Positions 11,823-24,335 of a DNA stretch of 64,000 nt are shown here, in pieces. The notes under the pieces were generated by a model. That model searched no databases and had not been told where the DNA came from. It saw nothing but the letters and a program-made list of their open reading frames with translations. Position 1 is the first letter of the stretch. Each line of letters starts with the position of its first letter. Source of the DNA: Amoebophrya sp. A120 (taxonomy: Eukaryota > Protista > Dinoflagellata). The stretch lies in NCBI GenBank assembly GCA_905178155.1, contig CAJINV010000003.1:7460601-7524600 (forward strand). The letters are read 5' to 3'. A program made the position numbers and the translations under genes.

Positions 11823-13646
11823 TCAAATCAAAACTGGCGTAGGATTCTTGAGCCAGAACTCAAACTCTGCCGGCATGATTACATCGTCTGCGTGGAAGGA
11901 CTGCGACCTGTATAGAAAAATTCAATCCAGCTTTTCATTCCAACTACCAGTGGCCGCTTCAGTCAACAAGGAGAATTAACTGACATTGATTTTTGTTTTC
12001 ACGTTTTCGTTTCCGTCGAATATCATTTATTAGGGAGGATTAGGGCTGGGTTGATGCGAGTGGGGAAAATGTAAAAGAACAAGAAGACAAAGTACAGTGC
12101 ACTGCAAATGTAGCCCAGCTCCTCCTGCGAAAATTGAACTCCCTGGATACGCAAAGCGAGTTCTGCGAACTTATCCATTTTGAGCCCCTGTGGTGGGCAA
12201 ATGCTTGGGGTGGGTCCTCCTCGGTTCAGAAGCGCTTTTCTGACCTGGCGAAATAATTGATGTTAGTCAGTATCTTGTACTGAAACTGCTGCTGTACCAA
12301 ATTTATTATCAAGGATCTCGACTTGCGGCACGATCTCCCTGGCAGCAATCGAAAAACGGCTAATCGGATTTTTAGCAACCTCCACAAGTATTTCAATTCT
12401 CTGATATACTTTACTTACTTCTCCAGGAATTTTTCACCAAAAACAAGCAACAAGCGATCTCTTTTTTTGCTTACTGAATCGAGCTTCTTTGCGGTTCGAA
12501 ATCCGTAGAAAATCGCCAGGCAACCCAATCCCAATAGATATCCGAAAATAATGAAACCTGCATAGAAGCCAACATGAAAGCCGATTTATTTTCATTTCAG
12601 GCAACAAAAAGAGCGTGTCCATGTGTCGTATATGCTCAGCATCATATTCACAAAACCAGACGTAAGGAATCCCAAGGCGTGCAGCTCTTCGCCTTTGAAA
12701 TTATCAGCATCATTTTTCGTCGTAGTAGAACATAGCTCGTTATTCTCTTTTGTACCAAAGAGAGGCAGCGTGTCGTTGTCCCAGAGGTTTCCGCATACCA
12801 TGCACCCGAGAAAAATGTACATCACTCCCCTCCCGATGAAGCGAGTAAGAAAAAGGCACGCCTTAAATATGACCAGACGGAACTCCATCAGTCGTGGATG
12901 CTGATACTGTAATATTCAATTGGTTTTTATTTGTACTGTCGTCTTTCTTGAGTATACGTTCCGTTTCAAGAACCCCAGCACTGAAGCGACGACCACATCA
13001 GCGACGATGAACTACAGCTGAGTAGTACTTTTTTACGACTATGTCGAAAATCAATGTACCGGCACGTCCAGGGCTGTCATGATCAGCCCGAAGAGCATGA
13101 GGTAGGAGAAAATGATGATGTCGAACGGACTTGCTATTGTCCCGATCATGCTCCACAAACCCAGAAACGCACCGGATCATGTGGAAAAGTGTAGCACCCT
13201 TAATACGACACAAATCATGACCAGCACGACGTCCAGCTCCAGATCGATACAAATATACAGTAGCCGTGCGCACACAAGCATCAGCTGGACTCTTGTTGAA
13301 CGACCCTATGATCATGCTGGGTGGTACAACACTTTGAGTACAACACTTTTCATCTTGATATGCCAAAAACCGTGCTCAAACCGGCGGCAAAAAACAAAAC
13401 CTTCCATGACGCTTTTATCTTCGCTCCGCCCGGGCCTGCAAATAGTTTTTGTTTGTAGCTGAAGCTCCTGCACAAGAACGAAACCATCATAAGTAATTTA
13501 ATGAAAGAAAGCGTGCCTGAAAATCAGTGGAAGGGATGCACTGAAGCCTTCCGAACGGTTCTTGAAGCAAAAACGAATTGAGCAAAGATCATCGAAGATC
13601 AAGTACCGACGGGCATTGCCCCGCCCAGCATCGGCTGCCCCTCCAT
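11823..13646 (-). CDS. COPI-associated / TVP15-like Golgi membrane protein with a C-terminal EF-hand-like tail
   Basis: Exons read MEGQPMLGGAMPV...WKVLFFAAGLSTVFGAFLGLWSMIG...SYLMLFGLIMTALDVP...FLTRFIGRGVMYIFLGCM...GFIIFGYLLGLGCLAIFYG...SQEELGYICSAL...DDVIMPAEFEFWLKNPTPVLI*. FLxxFxGRGxxYIFLG is typical of this family. Confidence 0.7.
13175..13360. mobile_element. Degenerate introner in the COPI-associated gene
   Basis: gatcatgtggaaaagtgt / acacttttcatcttgata; removing the element plus 5 nt restores TVFG|AFLG. Confidence 0.65.
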
Positions 13647-14138
13647 CTTGTTCTCTTCTACGCTACCGGACGCAGTCGACTATGAAAACATTATTAATTC
13701 CAAATTGTATGTATGAGTCGTGCAGTTTTTGTCAGGAAGACAGAAAGCACCTCGCAGTTATCTCGGACGCATAGGCATACTGCTCCATGTATTTACAACA
13801 TAGGGGTAAAAATTATAAAGCCGGAAAACGTACAAATATAAAGTTTCTATGGTGCTGTGTGGCGTATAATATGGCGCAGCACCAGACCTATTTCGAAGAG
13901 GCAGCCTCACAACAAAAGCTACTTAGTTCGTCCCAGAAAGAAAAATTAAAGCCATGCTAACAAGGTGCTAACACAAAGTTGATGCTGATGATGATGATGA
14001 TGGTCTGTGGGAAAAGACCACTCTCCTTCACAAGGATGAAAAGAGAACTCTCATCGTGAAGATGGTGACATGATAAAGGCAGCAAACGTCACAACCAGCT
14101 TACCTAGACCACGCATGCTACAGCAAGTGCAAGACCAT

Positions 14139-15625
14139 TCATTGCGGCCCTTCATATATCAGAAGCACAAGAAACCCATCTGCACATCTACTTCGTTGGT
14201 TTAGATAGTTCTTATCTTTTACTATAGTATGAACACGCGCTGCGTATTCCCACGCACTCGAAAATGAGCCCTTCTTTCGCTCTTCAACCCGCACTTCTTG
14301 GTAAGTTTTGATATTTCTCGTCTCTGCGGTTTCGGATAGGTATTTGCCTATGAGACCACATTCATTCTCGTTTGCATCGATGTAGAAACTAGCGCGACTG
14401 CAGAGATCTCGAGCTTGACTCTGAACTGCTAGAGGATGCAAAGACTGATAGATTACATACAGAACAGATACAACAACGAATAACTTCCTTTTCTTTTGAT
14501 ACGACACTTGATGTCAGAGCACACACGCCGTGACGACTTGCAGCAAGGGCGTGTCCAGTTTTTTCTTGATGGAAAAAGCCCGGAGGGCGGCGACAAAGTT
14601 CTCATACAAGACATCTTCTTGCACTCTGGGCGCTGCGGAAGAGCGAAAAAAGTCGCGCAGGACGGAGAAGGTTTCTTGAAGGTGCACTTTGCAGAACGGA
14701 TCTCCAATGCCCGCCTCGTGAAGCAACTGCGCCACGAGAGGTACAAATTCGTCTTCAAAACGAACCTCTCGTCGCTTCAAACTGGAGGCGGCAGCCACAT
14801 TGTCAGCACCTGTACTGTCATCGAAGAGGTGCTTGTAGTCGCGATTGGAAAAGGAAAAGTGCCTCTTGTTGTGCTGAGATGCCTGTGCCAGCCCCAGCGA
14901 GAAGTTGCTCGCGGTGGCTGCATGCTGCGAGGGTCCTCCACTTTCCGCTCCTGTATCACCACTAAAAGTGGCCAGCAAGGTGAGTACGGAGGCGATATTC
15001 ATCTGATTGGGAATACCCTCGGTCACAACCCGAAACAGTTTTTGGATCTGCTGAGCACCGAGAACAAGTTCCTCTGACAGGTTGGTCATTACAGATGAAG
15101 CATCGTCGTGTTGATGCACTTGCTCCTTTCCTAGCATCGCATCGTCAACCAAGGAAGCGCTTGATGCAACTATCAATTTCAACATTCTCTCTGCTTATCC
15201 TCCGCCGGCAGTCTCAATTCAAAGAAATCTCTTCGACTTCGTTGAAGCGAGCTAGACGATATTAAAAGGCTGGTGTTGAGAGCAGTCTTGTAAACTCAGC
15301 CTGTTATTTGGTTGGTGTAGCTGCTGCAAACGACCTGATACTTACTATACGTACAGCGGCACTGCACCCGGCAGTCTTTGTGCGCAGTCGGATATGGTGT
15401 GTGCATGATAGTCATCGAAGCCACATGTTCTCGAAGAATTTCAGCCTGGGCTTCTGCTGCGTCGCCGATGCTCCACTTCAGTGCAACGCGCAGTCTTTCA
15501 CGTTCCTCTTCTAGCAACAATATCGAATATCGCACGGACAAAAAATCGCAGTACACCGCGATTGGAATCGCTGACCACACTGGTTTGCAAGCATCGTTAA
15601 AAATCGCCACAGAGCGAGGTCGCAT
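14139..15625 (-). CDS. Hypothetical protein exon(s); may continue the upstream coiled-coil gene
   Basis: Minus-strand ORF 14514-15185 (223 aa) and ORF 15296-15625 look protein-like; no family recognised. Confidence 0.35.
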
Positions 15626-15764
15626 CTACTTCAAGAATAAGTCACTCTCACTCATCTATCTATCGAGCGCATGCGCAGTTCGCACTTCTGATAGTGAGAC
15701 ACCGCAGAAAACGGTAACTGCTGGACGCGTCAGTGGCAATTGAACGTGCGAATCTCATGGTGTA

Positions 15765-18700
15765 CTACGCTGTAGTTCTACTCCATTGGATACTGCGTTT
15801 TGGGGGTTCACTAGGTGGATGTTGGCAAAGAAACTGTTGCTGAGCAGCTCGCGCAGCTATCAAAGGGAAAAATCCCCCCTCCCCATATCGAAAAGGAACG
15901 CCTCAGAGAATTTGCGATGCTGATTTGTGACCACAAATATTGTCTGTCTTGCAAGAAAGCAACGGCAGAGGCTCCGCCCCATTATGCAGGAGGTTTGTAA
16001 TGCTGTTGGGCCTACAGCAGAGACGTTCATCATGCTAAGTGCTTAGGCCAAAACCTAAACCTCTCTACATTGGCATGATATGGGTCTGCAGTACTCTACT
16101 GCAAAACAAATCTGATTTGTGTACTGAAATCCAGCATCAGAAACTCCTTTTTGATATGGGGTGGGGGGATTTTTCCTTTTGATAGCAGCGTGCTCCGAGT
16201 TAGCCGGCGACGATCCCAGTCCGACACAAAAACCATCCGCAGTGTATCAAATGTAAAAGTGTCTGGGTCTGGAAGAGTGCATGTTTGTCATGCTTGTCTG
16301 GCATGACTCCCAAATCTGTCACGCACGTTACCCAAGAGCGCCACTTTTCTGTCATGCAGAAACGCAGTCTGTCATGCACAATAGGCAACACCTAGAAGCT
16401 CAGAAACTTGTCATGCATACCCGACTGCACCACATCAAAAACCTTTGCACCGTCGCCGCAAGCAGCTTCGGACGCAGGAGATCTAGGGTCAGAACCGCGA
16501 AAAAACATCGCGAGTATTTCTTCATCCCCGGGCACTTATGTTATCTTTACCTTACTTCTCGCTAACACTGTATGAGCTGCTGCAGACACACTGTGACAGG
16601 GAAAAACACAGGCGCCACAATAATCAACGCTCATTTATATCTAATATGCGGAAACTGGCAGGCACCTGTCGCACGAGGAAAATAGCAACAGGCGCGGGAA
16701 CAGAGTCCGAGGAGTTTTTGATCTACTCACATATAGACTGATGTTCGAAGACCAGCAACACTCGTACGGCGCGTCTCAGCTAGCTCCAACCGTGGGATGA
16801 GCACGCTATAATGACTATACAACGAAGGCGAGCTTCCAGGCCGTAAAACGATGCCGCGAGTGGAAACCTGCCAATCCATCCGCACTTCGCCTGCTTCGTG
16901 TCGCTCGCCTCGTCCGCGTAGACGCGATCTCAAGACTTCGCGGTCGGACTGTGCCGATTGGCAAAAGTGTGCCTATGATCTGCCGATTGGTATACGTTCG
17001 CTCTCGTTCCCGCTCTGCGTTGCTGCATGTCATGCTGAGCCAGCACTTGTGACCTCCTCATGATACGCCAGCCAGCATCACAAGTTTCCAGACCCAAACA
17101 TTTTTGCATTTCATACAGTGGTCGGTCTTGCAACAAGGTGCGAGCGAGTTGCGCTTTCCGCAGGAAAACACACTGCGTCAACTGCAACTCTTTCTCGACA
17201 TCCTCATCCGTAGCCTCCGCCTGATCGTCGTCTTCCGGCCCCAAACTAGGAGCACCTCCTGAAGAAAATCGGGATGCACGAGAACGACCCGAAACGCGAC
17301 CTCCACCTGCACGACCGGATAGTACAGCCTCAGGCCCAAGCGCCAACAAGAACGTAGCGCCGTTGGCGGCGGCGGTCCCGCGAAACAACCCGACGCGCGC
17401 TGCCCAAGTGTTGCGAGAGTTTTTGTTCGCGTTCGTGGCGACGTGCGAGAATTCCGCGCGCACGGACGACCATGGCGGCTCACCGGAAAAGGACAGCCCA
17501 AACGCCGCGTCCGAGTGGTGATCGAGACAGACCGCGTCGACGAGAGTTACGGGGCGAAGCGGCGATACTAGATACTGTGCCGCGCGCCGGCCGCGACCAC
17601 CAGCTGAAACCGCCAAAAGAAACTTCTCCAGATCCTCCGAAAATCGGCTCCAGTAAGCAAGTTGCCGCTTCTGCTCCGAAGATTCTCGCTTTGGGGAATT
17701 TATTGAAGATATTGTTGTACTAGATGTCTTTCTTGTTCCTACCCGCCTGCCACCCGCAGCACCAGAATTATGCGGTCTGCCCAGCCGCAACACCAAATGG
17801 AACACCCGCTCCCGGTCAGCACTCAAATAAAAATCCTGGATCAGATTCGTGCCCAACATGCTCCCTTCTCGCCCGGTGGACGTCCGCACCATCGTCCCAC
17901 CATGCCTCGCTTCCCGATTGTCGAGGAACTCTGCGATCCACTCGGCAAGCTGCTGCACATGCTGCACAACTTTTGCGTCGGAACTTCCAGCAGTCGCGGA
18001 AAGATCTACTCCCACTGTCTGTTGCGGAGACACGACCCCGCCAGGCTCAACATTCGCCGACGGTGGTACATCAACAGCGGTGCTGGCGGTCGTCGAAGAC
18101 ATCACGCTAAACATATCCAGTAGCGTCACCGCGAACGCTCGGTGGTGCTGGGCTTGTCCGAGCAACCGCGTCAACACGCGCCTCTCTCGCCGCTGGTGGG
18201 CGACGCGGGGTCGTAGCGATGTCGCCAACCGTTCCTGTCGGTCGGCCTCTTTCGCGCCAGCGGCAAGCTTTTTCTGCAGCGTTTGCTTTTCCACCAACAG
18301 CGTATTGCCCTCCTCCTCCGCGTCCGCCAAACGTTCCTCGCAGGCGGCAAGGAGGGCGCTCTTACGTGTCCATACCGAAGTAGACATCTTGGCGGGGGCG
18401 TCGGCATCTTCATGCTGTGCGTGTCCAGCTGAGGAAGTAGAGGCACCGAACTCGCCAGAAGATCCGGTCGTGGCAAACGGATTCAGATCAAAGTCAACAT
18501 GATATGCTTGCTCTTCGTCCCTGAACAGCTCGTCTTCCAAGGCTCCTCCCCGCTGGTCCTGTTCCGTTCGCTTGCGGGCGTGCTCCAAGCGCAGGGCGCG
18601 AAGCTCCTCCTCCTGACGGTAGAGATGCGAGGAGAAATCCTCCGCGAACGCCTGCATCACGCCCGAGCTTGCGCCCTTGAGAAAGATAAACAACGAAACA

Positions 18701-21250
18701 AATACGGCACCAGAGCGAATACGACCAGATTTTTTCGAGCTTTTTTATTTTTGGCAAGATTAAAATGTGATCACGAGAACAAAACGGTGGTGGAAATATG
18801 GGCTTTCATCAAATTCGATGGAAAAAGCAAAAACCAGCGGTCACAACTTGACCGAACAGAGAGAGCGCACCAATCCTAATTAACAAATCACCTGGCCAAG
18901 CGACCGAGGTTAGAAGTGACACGTAGTTCACAGTGAAAAAGTTGTGATAAGGTTCTATGATTAGTCCTGGAAAGGGTATGGTTAACGCTATCCAATCAAT
19001 GCACAAAGCGTCGGGTGCCCATTGCGATTGGTCAGGTTTAGAAGTCTCACTGCAAAAGAATTCGATGTACAAAAAGTATAACAAATTATTTCTTTCTCTT
19101 CATTAATTGATTCCAATCCAATGCTATTCATCCGCCCCCGGTTGCTTGGGCATTGATTTGATTCATTTTTCTGTACATTGCCATACGTTTTACTTGGGCC
19201 ATGAGCTTTCAGTACTCAGTTTTCACCTAAAGAAAATTTCCTTCGGCGCCAGAAAAACTCCAGCTGTAAACATCCTTTATCCCTCGGCTCCGTCTGGATC
19301 TAGGAACCGAGAATTCACGGCGCTTGCTGACAGCATGTGATTTTCCACGGACGCTTTTATACCTGATGATTTTTGACGAAGACTTTATTTCAATCTCTAT
19401 TTTTCAACACTCATGAGTTTACGTGGTGAGCTGCTGAAGAGAGACAAAAGAGAGAGAAGTGAACAACAGAACCATGGAAACACAAACAACATGAACATGC
19501 TCCCAAAAAAAAAACGGCGCCTCCGCCTCCGCACAGGGAGTACAAACAAATAAACAAGCGGTCGAGCCGTGACGCTTTTTTGAGCAACGTAGAGACCTTC
19601 AAAATGCGGATACCTTCTCTAACGTCCACCATGTCCGAGTTTAAGTTGTCGACCAAGTCACTGTTCTCTTTCAGATGCCCCTGTAGCTGTGCCAATTCTT
19701 TTTCCCCTCTTTTCCGCTCCTGTTTTATGAATGTTAAAAGTTTGTCGATCAGCCTTCTGCTTAATCAATTTTCATTTTGTATATGCTGTCTGTGGCGACT
19801 TCTGTCTTCTGTTGCGACAATGAGAATCTTATTATCCGTCTGCCAAGGATCCGGCTTGTTCTTTTCACACAACAAAACTACCGCAACACAAACACGTCTG
19901 GAAGAACCCGTATGAATTTCGCCGGAGCTTGCAAACCAAATCCATCGAAGTGACAAAGATCGCACGTCAATAAATGATCGTCGTAATAAACGAACAAAAC
20001 CCTACCTCCGCGAGGTCAGAGAGCTGCTGGGAGAGGCGAGCTAGCTGGTCGTCGAGCTTCGCCCTGTGCTCCAGCGTTTTGGTAAGTTCCGCATATTTTC
20101 GATCGTAATCCGCTGTCAGCGAGCTCTTCTCTTTCGACAGCGTTTGCTTCAGTTTTCGGTTCTCTGCGATCTGATTCTGCAAGACTAATGCAGGTACTTA
20201 AAAATCCGGTGATTGCGCGAGGATAGAAGGGAAGACCACACTGCACATAAACCAAACAAAAAAGACAGCTGCAGCTGCTCGCGTATTACTTGTCCGGTTT
20301 TTTCAATGATTTCTAGTTTGCATACTGCTCTATTCTAAATCCATAAACATTTCTGGCATGAAGACAAAATTTTTTGCGAGCGTTGCAAAAGCAAACCTGA
20401 AGCAGGAGCAGCGGCCATAGAAATAGTTGTCGAAAAGGACGAAAAGCGATGCAAAAACTGTAGCGGAGCGCAATCACCAGTAACCAATTGCATAGTATCT
20501 GTTTCTGCTGCAGCGCATGTTCGTAGTTAGCCTTGCTTTGCTGAAAGCGCTGCGCCAGCTCATTGTTGTATTTGTCTTCCATATTCTTCAACGTTTTTGT
20601 GCTTTCCTCGACCTGCTCCTGAAGCTTCATGGCCTGGTATATTTGAATGGTTGCCGCTTTTGCTTTTCTTACTACTAGGAGAGCCAAATAAAAACGCTGA
20701 TCTTGCTCGGACTAGTAAAAGTGTTTTCCGCTACACACGTTCACGTGCTCATGCCACACATCATGCCGATGCAAAGGTAGGTGACCGCTCCCCGCGCGGT
20801 ACGATTGTATTCTCTATATAGTTTATTTAATGTCTTCTCGTGCACAAAATAAAAATTGTTTACTCTTACCTCGTGCCTTAGGTGGTCGCATTGCGTCGTG
20901 ACGCGATCCAGTTCTCTTTTGTTCTTTACGTATTTGGATGTCCACTCGGAAAGGCTCTTGTCATAGAGCACTTTCGTGTTGGGATTTGCCCGTTCGTGAA
21001 TCCTGCTACTCGGCGTTTTCAGCATCTTCCAATCTTCGCACCGCTGACGCACTCCTCCGCCCGAAACGTTTTCCTCCGCTCGGTTGAGAGCTTCTGTGAA
21101 GATGGGTAACTGACGGCCTGGCCTTTTGTTTCAAGTTCAACTTCACGAGACGGAGAATCAATTGACGCGCAGATGGCCGAGTGGTGCCGGAGTTACTCTA
21201 CTTCCCTAGAAGGCAGCTTCCAAATCCTGGTCCATTTGCATCATAGTAGT
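15765..21250 (-). CDS. Large coiled-coil protein of unknown function (multi-exon)
   Basis: Heptad-rich minus ORFs at 20741-21052, 20313-20687, 19967-20182 and 19411-19695, plus the 587-aa ORF 16930-18693. The frame continues across the introners at 16245-17115 and 15858-16184 (LQDRPL|RMVFVSDWDRRRLTRSTL|RELLSNSFF). Confidence 0.55.
15858..16184. mobile_element. Introner (TATCAAA(A/G)GG family)
   Basis: TIR of about 40 bp (tatcaaagggaaaaatcccccctccccatatc); TSD gcagc; ends match those of 386-570. Confidence 0.9.
16245..17115. mobile_element. Introner (TATCAAATG family) carrying a nested 611-bp insert at 16417-17027
   Basis: TSD cagtg; the arms are the reverse complement of the 40918-41169 element; the nested insert is flanked by tgtcatgc at 16409-16416 and 17028-17035. 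Confidence 0.9.
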
Positions 21251-21664
21251 TCTTGAAGCTTCTAGTTTTGATGCAACGCATAAGAAGCACAAAACCTGTA
21301 ACTCAAAGCAAAATCAGAATTCAAAAACCCAAGGCGACATGGATCGCTAACTTGCGTCGCACGTGAGTATAATCGTAGCGTAACTGTACTACTTTCATCT
21401 CCGAGAGAGTTCGTTTTTCTCGTACTCACACGCAAAGGGTGCACTTCTCGCTCGGCTTTAGTGTGGCGGAATTGCGATGAAAACTCGATCACGTCTCATC
21501 CGCTTGGTTCTTCAGGAAACAACTCCTAGAGTCACCTCGCACCCCAAATCAGCAGGGGAATAAACGTGAACAAAACAAGACTACTGTCTTTAGATGAGGC
21601 AGCACGCTGCCGCCCTGGTGTGGCTGTGGCCTTCGTTGTGATACAATTAGAGCCCATGCCTCCA

Positions 21665-23679
21665 TCAGCTTCTATTCATCTTGCCGGAAATGATTTGTTG
21701 TAAGGCAATACTTCGAGCGTTTTGCGCAAATGCACGGACTCTCTCTGAAGCTTCATCGTGCTCTGTTTTTCTGTTTTCTGCTACTTCGGGCGCCATGGGC
21801 ACGGCTTTAAATGTCTGAAGTGTCCATTTATCAACCCCATACACCTGCGCTGACCCATGCCACGAGCACGGGTCTACGTTGCCCTTTGCGTCACGAGTAA
21901 AGAAAACCAGAAGCTTGCCTTGCTCTGGCCGTACAGCGAAGCCCCGCGTTGATGAACATGCGTCCGTATGTGCTAGCAGTTCTTTCGCGCGGACGCGTTT
22001 ACTAAGCGCCACGCAGGACGATGCACCAGGAATCTGTAGCTGTGGGTCTTGCTCCATGTCTTTCTTTCCGCGACACGAAATAATGCGGTGGGCGGAGGAT
22101 GTCATTTTTTTATCTAGAAGACAAGCCTGCTTTCGTTCTCGTTCTTCCTTTCTACACTGGTCCCTGAGTGTTGCCTTTGCCGACTCTTGGAGCGCTCGCA
22201 GGCATGTTTGCGCTTCTGCGAAGACTTCCGTTGCGCCACTGTCCACGGGCACGTCGGTGCTTTCGAAGCCCAAGGAAAGCAAGCGCTGTCCAAGTTCACG
22301 CTCGACCGGAAAAACGGTGTGCCCCATTATCCTGAGTAAAAACGTACCCACGCCAGAGTTGTAGTGCAGATTTGCAAAGACAGGAAGACTTGTAAGGCGC
22401 ATCCCCATGAGAGCCATTTCCAATCGCGTTTTGGAATTTGTGATGCTATGAACAGGATGAGCAGATGAATCTGTGATGCGGCTGCACTTGCTAACCTGCA
22501 CTACACTGCATAGTGCAACTTGTGATGCGTGACTCACAAAACTCCTAGGTTTGTGTTGCAAAATCCCCATCCTGACTCTGGTGTGGGTACGTTTTTACTC
22601 AGGATACCCATGCCAGTTTGTTCTGGTGCGTCTTCAACGTCCTCGACTGTGTTCAAATACAAAATCGCCGTGGCGAAGCGCCGAGATTCCTCGTTAAATG
22701 TGTCCACGTGGAGCCCGTTTTCCAGCAAGAATGTAGTCTGATCTCCCCAGAGTGGTGCCAGAGCTCCGCGTGTGACATCATTTCTCACTTGTAGTCCTGT
22801 GGTTCCATTTTTTCCCGCTCCTGTCATCAGCTGCCGCCTTGGTGTTAAGTTCAGCACGCACCGCGATTCCTCAGCATGGGACGGGCAGGACAAAAGTTCG
22901 CCGATGACGGCTTCGAATTTCCGGCACAAGGGTTCTGTCTCGATCTCGAACTCACCACGCAGTTTTCGTGAGGCTGGGAGCTTATACAGCCGTTTGAATA
23001 TGGAAGGCAAAAGTACACGTCGGTCGTATTTAGGCATGACATTTGTCTTAGACTAGACTAGGGTATTAAGACAAATGTCATGCCAGGCTCGGCAACATGT
23101 GTGCAGAACTACTACTTGTTGCCTGGCATTTTTGAAGTGGCCGACATATGAGATCGAGCTCCAGGCTCCAATTGCTTGAGCGGCCTTCTGGTTCTTTTGG
23201 GTAAATAAGTATTGACACTGTTGCAACAGACAAACTTTCGACAAGGTTGCATTTTTCTCGACTCGGATAATGAAAGTCTTGTACCCATAAACAATGCCAT
23301 TGGTCGCGTCCAGGACCGTGCGCAGGGACGACGAGCACTGTATGCTGCATGCTTGGTCGCCTGTGTCTCCTTGCCCCAATGCAGAATTCGGAAGATGTCC
23401 TTGCGAGGACCGCGTTTTGCTATCACCGTCCGTTCTTGGAAAAGCAGATTTGCTCGAGATTTCGGTGGGAAGTAGATCGCTAGATGCGCCGCCACTCAGT
23501 GCTGCGTTAGCGTCCGCACCAGCCGCGATGAGCGCCGCGCACTCGGCTTTTGAGGCGAAGTTGTGCCAAACCAACGCCAGCGGCTCCTCCGCAAGCAGCT
23601 CCCACATAAAGAGCGGAAGGGCGCCAATCCATAGTGAAAACAGGGCTAACTCTTCTTTTACTCCGTAGATTCTTGTCAC
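21665..23679 (-). CDS. Prolyl-4-hydroxylase-like 2-oxoglutarate/Fe(II) dioxygenase
   Basis: EPLALVWHNFASKAECAALI; HxD motif in LHVDTFNEESRRFATAILYLN; TGMG|HTVFP after introner removal; VRPEQGKLLVFF...DPCSWHGSAQVYGVDKW supplies the distal His and the 2OG-binding Lys. Confidence 0.8.
22328..22606. mobile_element. Introner (TATCC family) in the oxygenase gene
   Basis: Near-perfect TIR of about 33 bp (tatcctgagtaaaaacgtacccacgccagagt); TSD cccat; restores GMG|HTVFP. Confidence 0.93.
23033..23084. repeat. Perfect 18-bp stem hairpin within an oxygenase intron
   Basis: ggcatgacatttgtctta ... taagacaaatgtcatgcc. Confidence 0.85.
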
Positions 23680-24335
23680 ATGACAAGTTCACCTCGCCGA
23701 ACGAGCTTGAACAGGCTGCACTACGATCGCGCATATTTCCGCAGTATCAGACGAGCGCATTCACATTCTTCCAATTTTGATTTTATGTTTTCCTTTTCCT
23801 CGTGTTCCTTCAGTTTCATCCGTGCGCCTTGAAGAAGTTTCTGATGCACTACTACTCAGGGCCGCTCGTCGCACTCGACTACACATAGTGCTGACGGTAG
23901 TGTAGAAACAGCTCGCTGAACGTGAACTTCTCTACATGCTACAGCTCAACCGCGAAACTCGTTGCGTTGCTCTGATTAGTTCATTTGAAGTACCTTGAAG
24001 CGCTCGCGCTCGAAAAAGCGGGCTACAGTAGAAACCGCCACTGTTGTTCTCCTGGTACTTTCCAAAGTCACTTAAGCTATTACCCTCAACTTTTAGGTTT
24101 ATCCATTCCGTTGTTACATAGTTCATCTGATCTGTTCATTCCTTTGTCCTAGATTATAACGGGGACGATAGTAATTTGAATCGGAAATATATGCTTACGG
24201 TTCTCACCTTCGCCCAAACACATTGGGACAAGTCGTTTTCGCTATGTTTGCGAAGTTTGTGAACAAGAAGTAATAGAGAGTAAAAGTAGCGACTAAATAA
24301 ACTAGTCCGTCGTCGTGTGTCTAGAACTTTGCCAC

